From Burkholderiaceae bacterium (GTDB lineage: Bacteria; Pseudomonadota; Gammaproteobacteria; Burkholderiales; Burkholderiaceae_D), in contig JBILCO010000001.1 of assembly GCA_044353075.1 (NCBI GenBank), positions 1 to 41,354 of the forward strand: a stretch of 41,354 nt of DNA, written 5' to 3'. The stretch's first letter is position 1; every line of letters starts with the position of its first letter. The notes beneath the pieces are model-generated. The model did no database searches. It was not told the DNA's origin and was given only the letters and a program-made list of their open reading frames with translations. Below are positions 9,976-20,798 of the stretch, piece by piece. A program made the position numbers and the translations under genes.

Positions 9976-12230
9976 AGCGCGCGCTCCGCTACCTGCTGTT
10001 TGCCGCAGCAGCGACCGTGGGTGTCTTGTTATTTCTGCTTGCCGCTGCCAGTGAAAACGCGCAGTTGTTTGAAGATTATTACTCGTGGATCTTTGGCGCG
10101 AATCTGACCGTCGGCACCGCGCTTTTCGTGCTGGTGTCCTTTTTGCTCGCCCGGCTTTACAGCCGCTATCGTCGCGGTCGCTTCGGTTCGAAGCTGATGA
10201 CGCGACTGGTGCTGCTATTTACAGTGATGGGTATTGTGCCCGGCATCATCATTTACATGGTGTCGGTCCAGTTCGTTTCGCGCTCGATCGAATCCTGGTT
10301 CAACGTCGAGGTCGAATCCGCGCTGGAGTCCGGGGTAAAGCTCGGTCGGGGCGCGCTGGAGGCGTCGCTCGCTGACTTGCGTGCGCGGTCGCGCCGGGTG
10401 GCATCCGAGCTGTCGGATATGTCGGACGCGACGCTGGTGACGCAGCTGTCAAAGATCGCTGAACGCGAACAACTGCAGGATGTACTGGTGGTGTCCGAGA
10501 ACGGCCGCCTGATCGCAACTTCCGGTGGCAAACTCACGCGTCTGGCGCCCGAGTTACCTTCGCAAGCGATGATCACACGCGCAAAAACCTTTGATGGTTT
10601 CGGTGTGATCGAAGGCGAATCAGGCACCGGACCTGCGACGACCAGCGATCTTCGGCTGCGGGTCGTGGTAGTCATCCTGGGTGACGGATCCCTGATATCG
10701 CTGGGTAGCGGCCTGCGCTATTTGCAAGTCTTGCAGCCGGTACCCGAACAACTGGCGGCGAATGCCGAGGCCCTTCGGAATGCTTACAGCAGCTATCAGG
10801 AACGCGCGCTGGCACGTGATGGTCTGCGCCGCTTCTATCTGATCACGCTCACGCTGGTGCTGCTGCTTGCGGTGTTTGCTGCAATGGTCAGCGCCTTTCT
10901 GCTGGCCACAGATCTTGCACAGCCTCTGTTGCTGCTGGCCGAGGGCACGAAAGCGGTCGCCGAGGGTAATCTCTCGCCGCGGCCCATCGTGGCGACCTCG
11001 GATGAGTTGGGTACGCTGACGCAATCATTCAACACGATGACGCTGCAACTGGCTGATGCGCGCGAGGCGGTGGAACGCAACCGGCAGGCGCTGGAAGATG
11101 CCAAGGCCTATCTGGAGTCGGTGCTGGCCAATATGTCGGCGGGGGTGTTGGTACTTGATGACCAGCTTCGGCTCGTCACCTTCAACGCGTCGGCAAGCCG
11201 TATTTTGCATCACGATCTGACGCCGTTTCAGGGCCGCGCCTTTGCCTCGGTTTCCAGCGTAGTGGCGTTCAGCCAGCCGGTCATCGATGCATTCTCCAAC
11301 CAAAATGCGCAGGCTGCGGGCGAGAGCGCCGAGGCAGCCACGCCCTACTGGCAGCAGCAGATTGAGATACCGCGCCGCATGATTGGCGAAGAAGGCGATG
11401 GCGAGATTATCCTTCTGGCGCGCGGCGGTCGTTTGCCCGTGGGCCCCGGCTCCGGCTATGTGGTGGTGTTTGATGATATTTCCGATCTGATTTCAGGACA
11501 GCGCTCTATTGCTTGGGCAGAGGTGGCGCGCCGCCTGGCCCATGAAATCAAGAATCCGCTGACGCCGATTCAGTTGTCGGCGGAACGGATGATGATGAAA
11601 CTCCAGACCAAACTGGCACCGGCTGATGCTGCGCTGCTTGAGCGAGGCACTAATACCATCGTGAATCAGGTGTTGGCCATGCAACAGATGGTGGACAATT
11701 TCCGGGACTATGCGAAGACCCCGCCGCCACAGCTGCAATCGCTGGACCTCAATGCGCTGATTGAGGAAATTCTTGAGTTGTACCCAGACACCAGCGAGGT
11801 TCGCTCCATGCACCCGCAACTCTCTGCAGATTTGCCCAGGGTGCTCGGGGATGCAACTCAATTGCGACAAGTGGTACACAACCTACTCCAAAACGCTCAG
11901 GATGCGACAGCCGAAAGCGATGCGGCCCGGGACGCTGCTCGAATCGAGGTGATGACGGAAACCGTGCATTACGCCGAAGCCGAGGGCAGCACCCGCACGG
12001 CGGTTCGCCTGACGGTCGCGGACAACGGCCCGGGGTTTGATGCGCGGATGCTGGCGCGGGCTTTTGAGCCCTATGCAACATCGAAGCGTCGTGGCACCGG
12101 GCTGGGTCTGGCGGTAGTAAAGAAAATAATCGAGGAACACGGCGGGCGAATTGAGGTGCAGAACCGTAAAGACGGCCCGGGTGCTAGGGTACTGATCCTG
12201 TTCCTTAAACTTGCCGGACCGAATGTTTAA
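9972..12230 (+). CDS. ntrY: NtrY-like sensor histidine kinase (TM-HAMP-PAS-HisKA-HATPase)
   Basis: H-box RRLAHEIKNPLTPIQLSAER, N-box NLLQNA, DNGPG and GTGLGL. HAMP segment DELGTLTQSFNTMT. Confidence 0.92.
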   Translation: MKRALRYLLFAAAATVGVLLFLLAAASENAQLFEDYYSWIFGANLTVGTALFVLVSFLLARLYSRYRRGRFGSKLMTRLVLLFTVMGIVPGIIIYMVSVQFVSRSIESWFNVEVESALESGVKLGRGALEASLADLRARSRRVASELSDMSDATLVTQLSKIAEREQLQDVLVVSENGRLIATSGGKLTRLAPELPSQAMITRAKTFDGFGVIEGESGTGPATTSDLRLRVVVVILGDGSLISLGSGLRYLQVLQPVPEQLAANAEALRNAYSSYQERALARDGLRRFYLITLTLVLLLAVFAAMVSAFLLATDLAQPLLLLAEGTKAVAEGNLSPRPIVATSDELGTLTQSFNTMTLQLADAREAVERNRQALEDAKAYLESVLANMSAGVLVLDDQLRLVTFNASASRILHHDLTPFQGRAFASVSSVVAFSQPVIDAFSNQNAQAAGESAEAATPYWQQQIEIPRRMIGEEGDGEIILLARGGRLPVGPGSGYVVVFDDISDLISGQRSIAWAEVARRLAHEIKNPLTPIQLSAERMMMKLQTKLAPADAALLERGTNTIVNQVLAMQQMVDNFRDYAKTPPPQLQSLDLNALIEEILELYPDTSEVRSMHPQLSADLPRVLGDATQLRQVVHNLLQNAQDATAESDAARDAARIEVMTETVHYAEAEGSTRTAVRLTVADNGPGFDARMLARAFEPYATSKRRGTGLGLAVVKKIIEEHGGRIEVQNRKDGPGARVLILFLKLAGPNV

Positions 12231-12234
12231 CTAT

Positions 12235-12263
12235 TTGACATTATTAATTGCAAAAAATACAAT
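12235..12263 (+). promoter_or_regulatory. Near-consensus sigma-70 promoter for the response regulator
   Basis: TTGACA-N17-TACAAT in an AT-rich gap between kinase and regulator. Confidence 0.75.
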
Positions 12264-12307
12264 TTCTGTGCAATGACTCCCTCGCAGCAATATGAAAAGG
12301 CAGGCAG

Positions 12308-13030
12308 ATGGCGAATATTCTGGTGGTAGATGATGAAATGGGCATCCGGGAGCTGCTCTCCGAAATCCTGGGTGACGAGGGACACGTCGTGACAACGGCA
12401 GAGGATGCCAATCACGCGCGGGAAATCCGGCTCACCGGCGAGCCTGATCTCGTGCTGCTGGATATCTGGATGCCCGACACCGACGGCGTGACCCTGCTCA
12501 AGGAATGGCAGCGCGACGGCTTACTGACCATGCCCGTCATCATGATGTCCGGGCATGCCACCATTGATACGGCGGTTGAAGCCACGCGCATCGGCGCGAT
12601 GAATTTCCTGGAAAAGCCGATCTCTCTTCAAAAACTGCTCAAGACCGTACAGCAAGGTTTGTCACGCGGCCCCGACCATGCGCGCGGGACGCTGATTGCC
12701 CAGGGAATGCGGAGTAACGGACTATCGGAAAAACCCGAACTCGTGTCGATCCCGAACACGCTGAACGGGCACGGAAAAAGTTTCAATGGCGCTCTGCAAA
12801 CCACATCGTTTGGCAACAGCGAGAGCGAGTTTCGCGTCTCGTTTGAATTACCGCTGCGCGAAGCACGCGACGCTTTCGAGCGCGCTTACTTCGAGCATCA
12901 TCTGGTGCGCGAAGGGGGCAGCATGACGCGCGTGGCCGAGCGTACGGGCCTTGAGCGAACCCACCTGTACCGCAAACTCAAACAGTTAGGCGTTGATTCC
13001 GGCAAAGGTCCGAAAAAAGTCAACGGATGA
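12308..13030 (+). CDS. ntrX: NtrX-like response regulator (REC + Fis-type HTH, no AAA+ domain)
   Basis: ILVVDDE, LLDIWMP and MSGH...FLEKP receiver domain. C-terminal LREARDAFERAY...GLERTHLYRKLKQLG. Confidence 0.9.
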   Translation: MANILVVDDEMGIRELLSEILGDEGHVVTTAEDANHAREIRLTGEPDLVLLDIWMPDTDGVTLLKEWQRDGLLTMPVIMMSGHATIDTAVEATRIGAMNFLEKPISLQKLLKTVQQGLSRGPDHARGTLIAQGMRSNGLSEKPELVSIPNTLNGHGKSFNGALQTTSFGNSESEFRVSFELPLREARDAFERAYFEHHLVREGGSMTRVAERTGLERTHLYRKLKQLGVDSGKGPKKVNG

Positions 13031-13389
13031 TCATCATGACGCTGGTCCATGGCGGCCACCACCGTGACCGTGAAAAAGCCATTGCCGACCGCGCCAGCCA
13101 CAGCCGCGCCGGCGTGATCATCGAAGGTCTGCCGGACGGCTCAGGTTTGCTGGAAACACTGGCCGCTTCAGGTCAATTGCAATTACAGCGAATTGCACCG
13201 GGCTGTCCTTGCTGCATGGGCAATCTGACGGTGCGCGTGACGCTGAACCGGATGCTCAAGCAAGTCCCGGCCCAGATTTATCTGGGTATTGCCGATGCGA
13301 CGCACCTGCCCGCCATTCGTGAATTTTTGCAAGAGGCGCAGTACCGGGAGCACCTGATACTGGGGCCGGAGATGGACTGCAGCCTCTGA
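13027..13389 (+). CDS. Small protein with CobW/COG0523-like GCPCC motif
   Basis: 120 aa containing IAPGCPCCMGNLTVRVTLNRML. ATGA overlap with the ntrX stop. Confidence 0.65.
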   Translation: MIIMTLVHGGHHRDREKAIADRASHSRAGVIIEGLPDGSGLLETLAASGQLQLQRIAPGCPCCMGNLTVRVTLNRMLKQVPAQIYLGIADATHLPAIREFLQEAQYREHLILGPEMDCSL

Positions 13390-13515
13390 CGCCCGGATTC
13401 TGCCTCCGTGGTGGGCATGAGATTTGCGGCAGGACGCTATTGAAAAAATCACTTCGCGACGCCATCTGAGAAGGCAGGAAAATTGATCTTCGGTGCATCA
13501 ACTCAAGGAGCCCGC

Positions 13516-13773
13516 ATGAACCTGATTTACAACAGCGAGCATTACAGCGTCGTGGAATTTGGCGCGGAAACGGGTATGGAGACGATGCGCTTCGGCGGTT
13601 ACGAAATTATGGACAAGCCGGCACGCCGCGAAACTTTTATCGCCGGCCCGATGGCCGAGACCTTCCGTCAGCATGTACGCGAGCTAATCGCCAGCGAACC
13701 CAGCGTTGAAGATATTGACGAATTCCTTGGGGGTTATGGGTCCCTGATGGCACAGCCGGTTGTGCTCCATTAA
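13516..13773 (+). CDS. DUF3567 (BTH_I0359 family) protein
   Basis: MNLIYNSEHYSVVEF...GGYEIMDK...QPVVLH, with SD AAGGAG at 13505-13510. Confidence 0.82.
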   Translation: MNLIYNSEHYSVVEFGAETGMETMRFGGYEIMDKPARRETFIAGPMAETFRQHVRELIASEPSVEDIDEFLGGYGSLMAQPVVLH

Positions 13774-13806
13774 GCTTTTGTAGGGCAGGCTGTATGCTTT
13801 CGTCCT

Positions 13807-14517
13807 ATGCACGCCAATTCCCGAACAGTTCTAAGCAATCAGCCCGGTCCGCATGAACAGCTCAGCGCCGTTGTCGCACGACACGCAGCAACGGAATTCC
13901 GTAAGCCAGTCTCCGATGTCAACCTTGCTGCCTTTACCACCAGTATCGCTGCATGGAGAGCACAGGGCAGCCAGCCGCTGATACTGGATGCCGGTTGCGG
14001 CGTGGGTCTGTCCACGCGCAAGCTGGCGCAGACATTTCCTGAGCATTTCGTGATCGGTGTCGATCAGTCAGCCGACCGGCTGGGACGTGAAGTGCGTTGG
14101 TCGGGTGCTGTACCGGACAACTTCATCACGGTGCGCGCAGATCTGGTCGATTACTGGCGGCTGATGCTGGCTGAGCACATCTACCCGCAACAACACTACC
14201 TGCTGTATCCAAATCCCTGGCCAAAGAAATCGCAGCTGGGACGGCGCTGGCACGGCCATGCGATCTTCCCTGTGCTGATGGCGCTGGGGGGGCGCATCGA
14301 ATGCCGCAGCAACTGGAAAATTTATATCGATGAATTTGCGTCCGCATTGCATCAGCTCAGCGGTATTCATGTTGACTGCGAAGCTCACCACAGCCTGCCC
14401 GACGATGCCCTGACACCGTTCGAAGCAAAATACCTGCGCTCCGGTCACGCACTGTGGCGTTGCAAGACCGAACTGCCGTACCGATCGGCTTCTGCCGGTG
14501 CACTGGTGAATTCGTGA
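13807..14517 (+). CDS. TrmB-like SAM-dependent methyltransferase
   Basis: LILDAGCGVG, VIGVDQS, YLLYPNPWPKK...RRWH and TPFEAKY. Confidence 0.8.
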   Translation: MHANSRTVLSNQPGPHEQLSAVVARHAATEFRKPVSDVNLAAFTTSIAAWRAQGSQPLILDAGCGVGLSTRKLAQTFPEHFVIGVDQSADRLGREVRWSGAVPDNFITVRADLVDYWRLMLAEHIYPQQHYLLYPNPWPKKSQLGRRWHGHAIFPVLMALGGRIECRSNWKIYIDEFASALHQLSGIHVDCEAHHSLPDDALTPFEAKYLRSGHALWRCKTELPYRSASAGALVNS

Positions 14518-14556
14518 TACCGTTGTCCGCCATATCAACGACTTCTAGTTGCATCC

Positions 14557-15324
14557 ATGTGCCAGTTGCTGGGAATGAATTGCAATGTTCCGACCGACAT
14601 TGTCTTTAGTTTTACCGGATTTGCGACGCGCGGCGGCCATACCGATGAGCACAAAGATGGCTGGGGTATTGCCTTCTTTGAGGGTGCGGGTGTGCGTCTG
14701 TTTGTTGATCACGAGTCGGCGATTGCCTCGCCTGTCGCTGAGCTGATCAAGCGTTATCCGATCAAATCGAAAAACGTGATTTCGCATATCCGCAAAGCGA
14801 CGCAGGGGCAGGTGGTGCTGGAAAATTGCCATCCTTTCGTCCGCGAGTTATGGGGTCGATACTGGGTGTTTGCCCACAATGGCGATCTGAAAAATTTTTC
14901 TCCCACTTTGCATGGCGCCTTCCGACCTGTCGGCACCACCGACAGCGAACTGGCTTTCTGTTACCTGCTGCAGTCACTGCACGAACGCTTTGGTGACCGA
15001 CTGCCGGCGATGCCGGTACTGCGCGCAACGATCAGCGAGCTAACAAAGGAAATCGCCAGCCATGGGGTCTTCAATATGATGCTATCGGATGGCTCCGCAT
15101 TGTTCGCGCATTGTTCAACACGACTGCACTACTTGGTGCGGCAGTATCCGTTCACACAGGCCAGATTATCGGATCAGGATTTATCCGTCGATTTTTCAGA
15201 AGTGACGACGCCGAATGATCGGGTTGCGCTGATCGTTACTGAGCCATTGACGACCAACGAAATCTGGCAGCCCTTTCAAACTCACGAACTGAAAGTCTTT
15301 GTGGATGGTGCGCCGCTGCCCTGA
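14557..15324 (+). CDS. Class II glutamine amidotransferase (YafJ/GATase_4 family)
   Basis: N-terminal MCQLLGM (catalytic Cys2), DGWGIAF, HIRKAT, NCHPF, FAHNG and GTTDSE. Confidence 0.9.
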   Translation: MCQLLGMNCNVPTDIVFSFTGFATRGGHTDEHKDGWGIAFFEGAGVRLFVDHESAIASPVAELIKRYPIKSKNVISHIRKATQGQVVLENCHPFVRELWGRYWVFAHNGDLKNFSPTLHGAFRPVGTTDSELAFCYLLQSLHERFGDRLPAMPVLRATISELTKEIASHGVFNMMLSDGSALFAHCSTRLHYLVRQYPFTQARLSDQDLSVDFSEVTTPNDRVALIVTEPLTTNEIWQPFQTHELKVFVDGAPLP

Positions 15325-15332
15325 TCCGAAAT

Positions 15333-18300
15333 TTATAAGTTGGGCGCAAGCCATCGCTGCAGCTGCTCGACCGGTACCCCACGTCGTTGCGCCATATCAC
15401 GCAACTGATCCTCGCCGATTTTTCCGACCGTGAAGTACTTGGACTCCGGGTGCGCGAAATAAAAGCCCGATACGGATGCGCCGGGGAACATGGCATAGGA
15501 TTCGGTCAGGCTCATGCCGACGTCTTCGGCTTCGAGAATGCGGAACATGTCTGCCTTGACCGTATGCTCGGGGCAGGCAGGATAACCGGGCGCGGGCCGT
15601 ATGCCCTGATACGCCTCGGCGATCAGCGCGCCGGGGTCCAGCTGCTCATCGCTCGCATAGGCCCACAGCTCTTTACGCAGCCGCTCATGCAGGTATTCGG
15701 CAAAAGCTTCTGCAAAACGATCGGCCAGTGCCTTGAGCATGATGGATGAATAGTCATCATTGGCCTCTTCAAAGCGCTTCTCGTGTTTCTCGATACCGAG
15801 ACCTGAAGTTACGGCAAACAGCCCCACATAGTCCGTGATGCCGGACGCCTTGGGCGCGACAAAGTCCGCCAGACACTGATTGGGGCGGGCGACGCCATCA
15901 ATCACCGGCTTTTCAGTTTGCTGCCGCAGTCCGTAGTAAGTGAAGGCGATTTCGCTGCGTGTCTCGTCAGTGTAAACCTCGATGTCATCATCATTGACGC
16001 TATTGGCCGGCAAAATCGCCATCACGCCATTGGCCGTCAGCCAGCGGCCATCAATGATTTTCTTCAGCATCGCCTGCGCTTCGCGATAGACGTTGCTTGC
16101 CGATTCACCGACCACCGAATCCGTCAGGATCGCGGGAAAAGGTCCCGCCAGATCCCAGGTCTGGAAAAACGGACCCCAGTCAATGTAGTTGGCGAGCGTG
16201 GCAAGATCGACATTACGGAAATGGCGCCGGCCGATGAACCGCGGCTTGCGAGGTGCGTGCATTCCCTCAAATGACACTTGCATTTTATTTTTGCGCGCCG
16301 CCTCCAGCGTGAGCATAGGCAAAGCCTTTTTGCCTGCATGCTGCACACGGATGCGTTCGTAATCGGTCGCGATCTCGTCCAGATATTGTTCACGCGACTC
16401 GGGCGTCAGCAGTGACTGCGCGACCGATACTGAACGTGATGCATCCGGCACGTAAACGACCGGACCTTCATAGTTGGGGGCAATCTTCACTGCCGTGTGC
16501 GCGCGGCTGGTGGTGGCCCCGCCAATCAACAGGGGAATTTTCAGCATGCGGAAGTGCGGGTCACGCTGCATTTCTTTGGCCACATGCGCCATCTCTTCAA
16601 GTGATGGCGTAATCAGTCCGGACAGACCGATGATGTCCGCATTCTCGGCTTTGGCTTTGGCCAGAATTTCGGAGCAGGGCACCATCACGCCCATGTTCAC
16701 GACTTCGAAATTATTACATTGCAGGACCACCGATACGATGTTCTTGCCAATGTCATGGACATCACCCTTGACCGTGGCAATGACGATCTTGCCCTTGGGT
16801 TTGGCCGCCACACCGGTACGCTTTTCCTCTGCCAGCTTTTCTTCTTCGATGTAAGGCACCAGATGAGCGACCGCCTGCTTCATTACACGCGCAGATTTTA
16901 CGACCTGCGGCAGGAACATTTTGCCCTGACCAAACAAATCGCCGACGATATTCATGCCATCCATCAGCGGACCTTCGATCACATGAATCGGACGTCCGCC
17001 ATCGCGTTCGACCTGCGCGCGTGCTTCCTCGGTATCTTCGACGATCCACTGCGTGATGCCGTGAATCAGCGCGTGGGAAAGGCGCTTTTCAACCGGCGCA
17101 TCGCGCCAGACAAGATTCTGTTCTTCTTTTTTGTCACCCGCCTTGAGCGTCGCCGCCAATTCGATCATGCGCTCGGTCGCGTCCGGCCGGCGATTGAGCA
17201 CCACGTCTTCGGCACATTCGCGCAATTCGGGCGAGAGATCGTCATACACACCGATCATGCCGGCATTGACAATACCCATCGTCATGCCAGCGCGAATCGC
17301 GTGATACAAAAAGACGGTGTGAATCGCTTCACGCGCCGGATCATTGCCCCGGAACGAGAAGCTCACATTCGATACGCCGCCGCTGACTTTGGCGTGCGGA
17401 AGGTTGTCGCGTATCCAGCGCGTGGCTTCAATGAAGTCGACTGCGTAGTTGTTGTGCTCTTCAATGCCGGTGGCGACCGCAAAAATATTCGGGTCGAAGA
17501 TGATGTCTTCGGGCGGGAACCCGATTTTGTCGACCAGCAGACGGTAGGCGCGCTCACAAATTTCCGTCTTGCGCGCAAAGGTGTCGGCCTGACCCTGCTC
17601 ATCAAACGCCATCACGATCACGGCCGCGCCATAGCGGCGGCAGAGCGTTGCCTGCCGCAGAAATTCTTCCTCGCCTTCTTTCATCGAAATGGAGTTGACG
17701 ATCGCCTTGCCTTGCACGCATTTGAGGCCCGCTTCAATGACCGACCATTTCGATGAATCGATCATGAGGGGCACGCGCGCAATGTCAGGCTCGGCGGCGA
17801 TCAGATTCAGAAAACGCGACATCGCAGCGACCGAATCCAGCATCGCCTCATCCATGTTGACGTCAATGATCTGCGCACCGTTTTCGACTTGCTGACGTGC
17901 GACCGCCAGCGCTTCCTCATACTGCTCATTGAGGATCATGCGCGCGAACGCTTTCGAGCCGGTGACGTTGGTACGCTCGCCGACGTTAACGAACAGCGAA
18001 TCTTCATCGATCACATAGGGCTCTAGCCCCGAGAGCCGCATCTGATGCAGGTGAGTGGGTATATTGCGCGGCGCGATCGTTTTGACCGTATCGGCGATGG
18101 CACGAATATGTTCCGGTGTCGTGCCACAGCAGCCACCGGCGATATTCACAAAACCACTATCGGCAAAATCTTTGAGCAACGACGAAGTGACATCTGGCGT
18201 CTCATCAAAGCCGGTGTCGGACATCGGGTTGGGCAGACCCGCATTCGGATAAATACAGACAAAGGTCTCGGCAATTTTTGACAGCTCTTCTGCATACGGC

Positions 18301-19088
18301 CGCATCAGGGCGGCGCCGAGCGCGCAGTTGAGGCCAATGGTCAACGGTTTCGCATGCCGCACCGAATTCCAGAAGGCAGTAACGGTTTGTCCGGAAAGCA
18401 CACGACCGGATGCATCAGTCACCGTGCCCGAAATCATGATCGGCAGACGCTGCCCGCTCTCTTCAAAGAACTGATCGATGGCAAACAGCGCCGCTTTGCA
18501 GTTGAGCGTATCGAAAACGGTCTCGACCAGCAGCACATCGGCGCCGCCTTCGACCAGTGCGCGCGTTTGCTGCAGGTAAGCGGCGACCAGCTGATCGAAA
18601 GTCACATTGCGCGCGCCGGGGTCATTGACGTCAGGCGAAATCGAGGCGGTTTTTGGCGTCGGTCCAAGCGCGCCGGCGACGAAGCGCGGTTTGTCAGGCG
18701 TTGAATATTTGTCACAGGCAGCACGCGCGATGCGCGCAGCCTGCACGTTCATCTCGAAGACGAGATGCGCCATGTGGTAATCATCCTGCGCAATAGTGGT
18801 CGAACCAAAGGTGTTGGTTTCGATCAGATCAGCGCCGGCGGCGAGATACTGCTCGTGAATTTCCTGAATGATGTGAGGCTGCGTCAGGGTCAGTAATTCA
18901 TTGTTACCTTTGACGAAAACTTCTTTGCCCGGCACAGAAAAATCGGCAAAGCGGGTTCCCCGGTAATCTTCCTCACTCAGCTTGTAGCGCTGAATCATGG
19001 TGCCCATGGCACCATCGAGAATCAGAATGCGCTGCGCCAGCAGTGATCGCAGCTGGGCTTCGGCAGAAGAAATGGCGTCGCGTTTCAT
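15333..19088 (-). CDS. metH: Cobalamin-dependent methionine synthase MetH
   Basis: [24 protein letters not shown]12-binding GDVHDIGKN...SGLIT and [10 protein letters not shown]. Start placed at ATG 19088, downstream of the riboswitch. Confidence 0.98.
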   Translation of the reverse strand: MKRDAISSAEAQLRSLLAQRILILDGAMGTMIQRYKLSEEDYRGTRFADFSVPGKEVFVKGNNELLTLTQPHIIQEIHEQYLAAGADLIETNTFGSTTIAQDDYHMAHLVFEMNVQAARIARAACDKYSTPDKPRFVAGALGPTPKTASISPDVNDPGARNVTFDQLVAAYLQQTRALVEGGADVLLVETVFDTLNCKAALFAIDQFFEESGQRLPIMISGTVTDASGRVLSGQTVTAFWNSVRHAKPLTIGLNCALGAALMRPYAEELSKIAETFVCIYPNAGLPNPMSDTGFDETPDVTSSLLKDFADSGFVNIAGGCCGTTPEHIRAIADTVKTIAPRNIPTHLHQMRLSGLEPYVIDEDSLFVNVGERTNVTGSKAFARMILNEQYEEALAVARQQVENGAQIIDVNMDEAMLDSVAAMSRFLNLIAAEPDIARVPLMIDSSKWSVIEAGLKCVQGKAIVNSISMKEGEEEFLRQATLCRRYGAAVIVMAFDEQGQADTFARKTEICERAYRLLVDKIGFPPEDIIFDPNIFAVATGIEEHNNYAVDFIEATRWIRDNLPHAKVSGGVSNVSFSFRGNDPAREAIHTVFLYHAIRAGMTMGIVNAGMIGVYDDLSPELRECAEDVVLNRRPDATERMIELAATLKAGDKKEEQNLVWRDAPVEKRLSHALIHGITQWIVEDTEEARAQVERDGGRPIHVIEGPLMDGMNIVGDLFGQGKMFLPQVVKSARVMKQAVAHLVPYIEEEKLAEEKRTGVAAKPKGKIVIATVKGDVHDIGKNIVSVVLQCNNFEVVNMGVMVPCSEILAKAKAENADIIGLSGLITPSLEEMAHVAKEMQRDPHFRMLKIPLLIGGATTSRAHTAVKIAPNYEGPVVYVPDASRSVSVAQSLLTPESREQYLDEIATDYERIRVQHAGKKALPMLTLEAARKNKMQVSFEGMHAPRKPRFIGRRHFRNVDLATLANYIDWGPFFQTWDLAGPFPAILTDSVVGESASNVYREAQAMLKKIIDGRWLTANGVMAILPANSVNDDDIEVYTDETRSEIAFTYYGLRQQTEKPVIDGVARPNQCLADFVAPKASGITDYVGLFAVTSGLGIEKHEKRFEEANDDYSSIMLKALADRFAEAFAEYLHERLRKELWAYASDEQLDPGALIAEAYQGIRPAPGYPACPEHTVKADMFRILEAEDVGMSLTESYAMFPGASVSGFYFAHPESKYFTVGKIGEDQLRDMAQRRGVPVEQLQRWLAPNL

Positions 19089-19135
19089 TGAATGCAGTGT
19101 TGTCCGAATACGATGTTGTCTTTGGATGCGCCCAT

Positions 19136-19167
19136 AAAAAAACCCGGCTTGCAAAGCGAAGCCGGGT
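19136..19167 (-). terminator. Intrinsic terminator (riboswitch expression platform) in the metH leader
   Basis: Minus strand ACCCGGCTT-CGCTTTGC-AAGCCGGGT followed by a T tract. Confidence 0.85.
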
Positions 19168-19174
19168 GCGCGTT

Positions 19175-19254
19175 CCGCTTTAGCAGTATTTGTGCTGGGA
19201 CTTGAACCCCGGCGCCCGCAAGCTGGTTTTGACTGGTTTCATCAAATCGGCGCC
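19175..19254 (-). ncRNA. SAM-II riboswitch (long-loop type)
   Basis: Minus strand GGCGCCGAUUUGA...CCAGCUUGCGGGCGCC...AAAUACUGCUAAAGCGG. P1 is GGCGC/GCGCC, pseudoknot helices are GCGG/CUGC and CC(A)GCUU/AAGCGG, and conserved GAUUU and GCUAAA are present. It lies upstream of metH. Confidence 0.85.
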
Positions 19255-19301
19255 TCCGAATTATAACGGTAATAACGGGAAGAACGGGGAGCGCAGAGCG
19301 T

Positions 19302-20261
19302 TCAGCCCGTGATCTCGAAGCGCTGACCCACCGTCATCGGAAAACCCTGCAGAAAAGCACCCGCAGCAAGTCGCTTGCCGCCGGGTTTTTGTAATTCGGT
19401 GAGCGTCAAGGCGCCTTCGCCGCAGCCGACCGTCACACCCGAAGCATCGGCGCTGAGCACCTCGCCGGGCTGGCCAGTCGCTGTCGACCGTCGTGCGGCG
19501 CTGACCTTGATGGCGACATCGCCGATCTGAGCGACTGCGCCGGGAAACGGATGAAACGCACGGATGCGACGCTCCAGCATCAGCGCCGGCTCGCGAAAAT
19601 CAAGCACCGCTTCGTGTTTGGATATTTTGGCCGCGTAGCAGACACCGGCCTCGGGCTGGGGCGTCGCGGGCAGGGCGTGACCCTGCGCCAGCTGCACGAG
19701 CGCATCGACGATCATGCGTGCGCCCAGCGCAGCCAGCCGGTCATGCAGCGATGCCGTGGTGTCATCGGGCGAGATCGCCTCACTGGCCCTGGCGATCATT
19801 GCACCGGTATCGAGGCCCTCATCCATTTGCATCAGGGTGATGCCGCTTTCGTTATCACCCGCCTCAATGGCACGATGAATCGGTGCAGCACCCCGCCAGC
19901 GGGGCAGCAAGGACGCATGAATGTTGATACAACCAAAACGCGGTATCTGCAACACATGGGCCGGGAGGATTAACCCGTACGCGGCCACCACCATTACATC
20001 ATGCGGGGTAGTGCGCAGCAGTGCTTGCGCCTGCGCTGCCACCTCGCGATGCTTGCCATCGGTTTTGAGTGATACCGGTTGCGCAACCGGTATCCCGTGT
20101 TTTAGCGCGTACTGTTTGACCGGTGAGGCTTGTAACTGCATGCCGCGACCGGCCGGACGATCCGGCTGAGTCAGCACCAAGGGCAATTCGAAGCCCGCGT
20201 GATGCAAGGCAGCCAGCGCGGCCGCAGCGAACTCGGGCGTGCCGGCGAAAATGACTTTCAT
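19302..20261 (-). CDS. fmt: Methionyl-tRNA formyltransferase
   Basis: [22 protein letters not shown] and [16 protein letters not shown]. Confidence 0.97.
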   Translation of the reverse strand: MKVIFAGTPEFAAAALAALHHAGFELPLVLTQPDRPAGRGMQLQASPVKQYALKHGIPVAQPVSLKTDGKHREVAAQAQALLRTTPHDVMVVAAYGLILPAHVLQIPRFGCINIHASLLPRWRGAAPIHRAIEAGDNESGITLMQMDEGLDTGAMIARASEAISPDDTTASLHDRLAALGARMIVDALVQLAQGHALPATPQPEAGVCYAAKISKHEAVLDFREPALMLERRIRAFHPFPGAVAQIGDVAIKVSAARRSTATGQPGEVLSADASGVTVGCGEGALTLTELQKPGGKRLAAGAFLQGFPMTVGQRFEITG

Positions 20262-20264
20262 TGA

Positions 20265-20798
20265 TCAGCGTGCCGCAACGGACTGATGTTCTTTTTTGAG
20301 CTCGCGTTCTTCTTTTTGCAGTTTGCTCTTGATGCGATTACGCTTGAGCGGCGACAAATATTCGACAAACACCTTGCCGCGCAAATGATCCATTTCATGC
20401 TGAACGCAGACCGCCAGCAAGCCATCCGCGTCGAACTCAGTGGCCACGCCATTGATATCCAGCGCACGAATGCGCACCTGCGAAGGACGCTCGACACCAT
20501 CAAAAATGCCGGGCACTGACAGGCAGCCCTCGTCGTAGACTCGCCGCTCTTCACTGGCCCACAGAATTTCAGGATTGATCAATACCTGCAACTGATCACG
20601 CGTGTCCGACACGTCGAGCACGATCACTTGCTCGTGGACATCGATTTGGGTCGCGGCCAAGCCGATTCCCGGCGCTTCGTACATGGTCTCGGCCATGTCG
20701 GCGATCAATTGCCTGAGGCGATCATCAAATACCGTCACCGGCTTGGCGATCTTGTGCAAGCGAGTATCGGGGTAACGCAGAATTGTTCGTAGAGGCAT
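20265..20798 (-). CDS. def: Peptide deformylase
   Basis: [16 protein letters not shown] and QHEMDHL. Start at ATG 20798. Confidence 0.97.
   Translation of the reverse strand: MPLRTILRYPDTRLHKIAKPVTVFDDRLRQLIADMAETMYEAPGIGLAATQIDVHEQVIVLDVSDTRDQLQVLINPEILWASEERRVYDEGCLSVPGIFDGVERPSQVRIRALDINGVATEFDADGLLAVCVQHEMDHLRGKVFVEYLSPLKRNRIKSKLQKEERELKKEHQSVAAR

Noticed and set aside
16719-17756. 345-aa ORF antisense to metH (similarly 33097-33912, 36224-36901, 21504-22466 and 39967-40674)
   Set aside because: Each lies largely or wholly opposite a well-conserved gene, has atypical composition and shows no domain signature.
19194-19213. GGGGTTCAAGTCCC on the minus strand as a tRNA or integration-site remnant
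   Set aside because: There are no acceptor, D or anticodon arms and no integrase nearby. It sits inside the SAM-II loop.
19130-19260. SAH or cobalamin riboswitch upstream of metH
   Set aside because: The conserved cores of those classes are not seen, and the sequence fits SAM-II.
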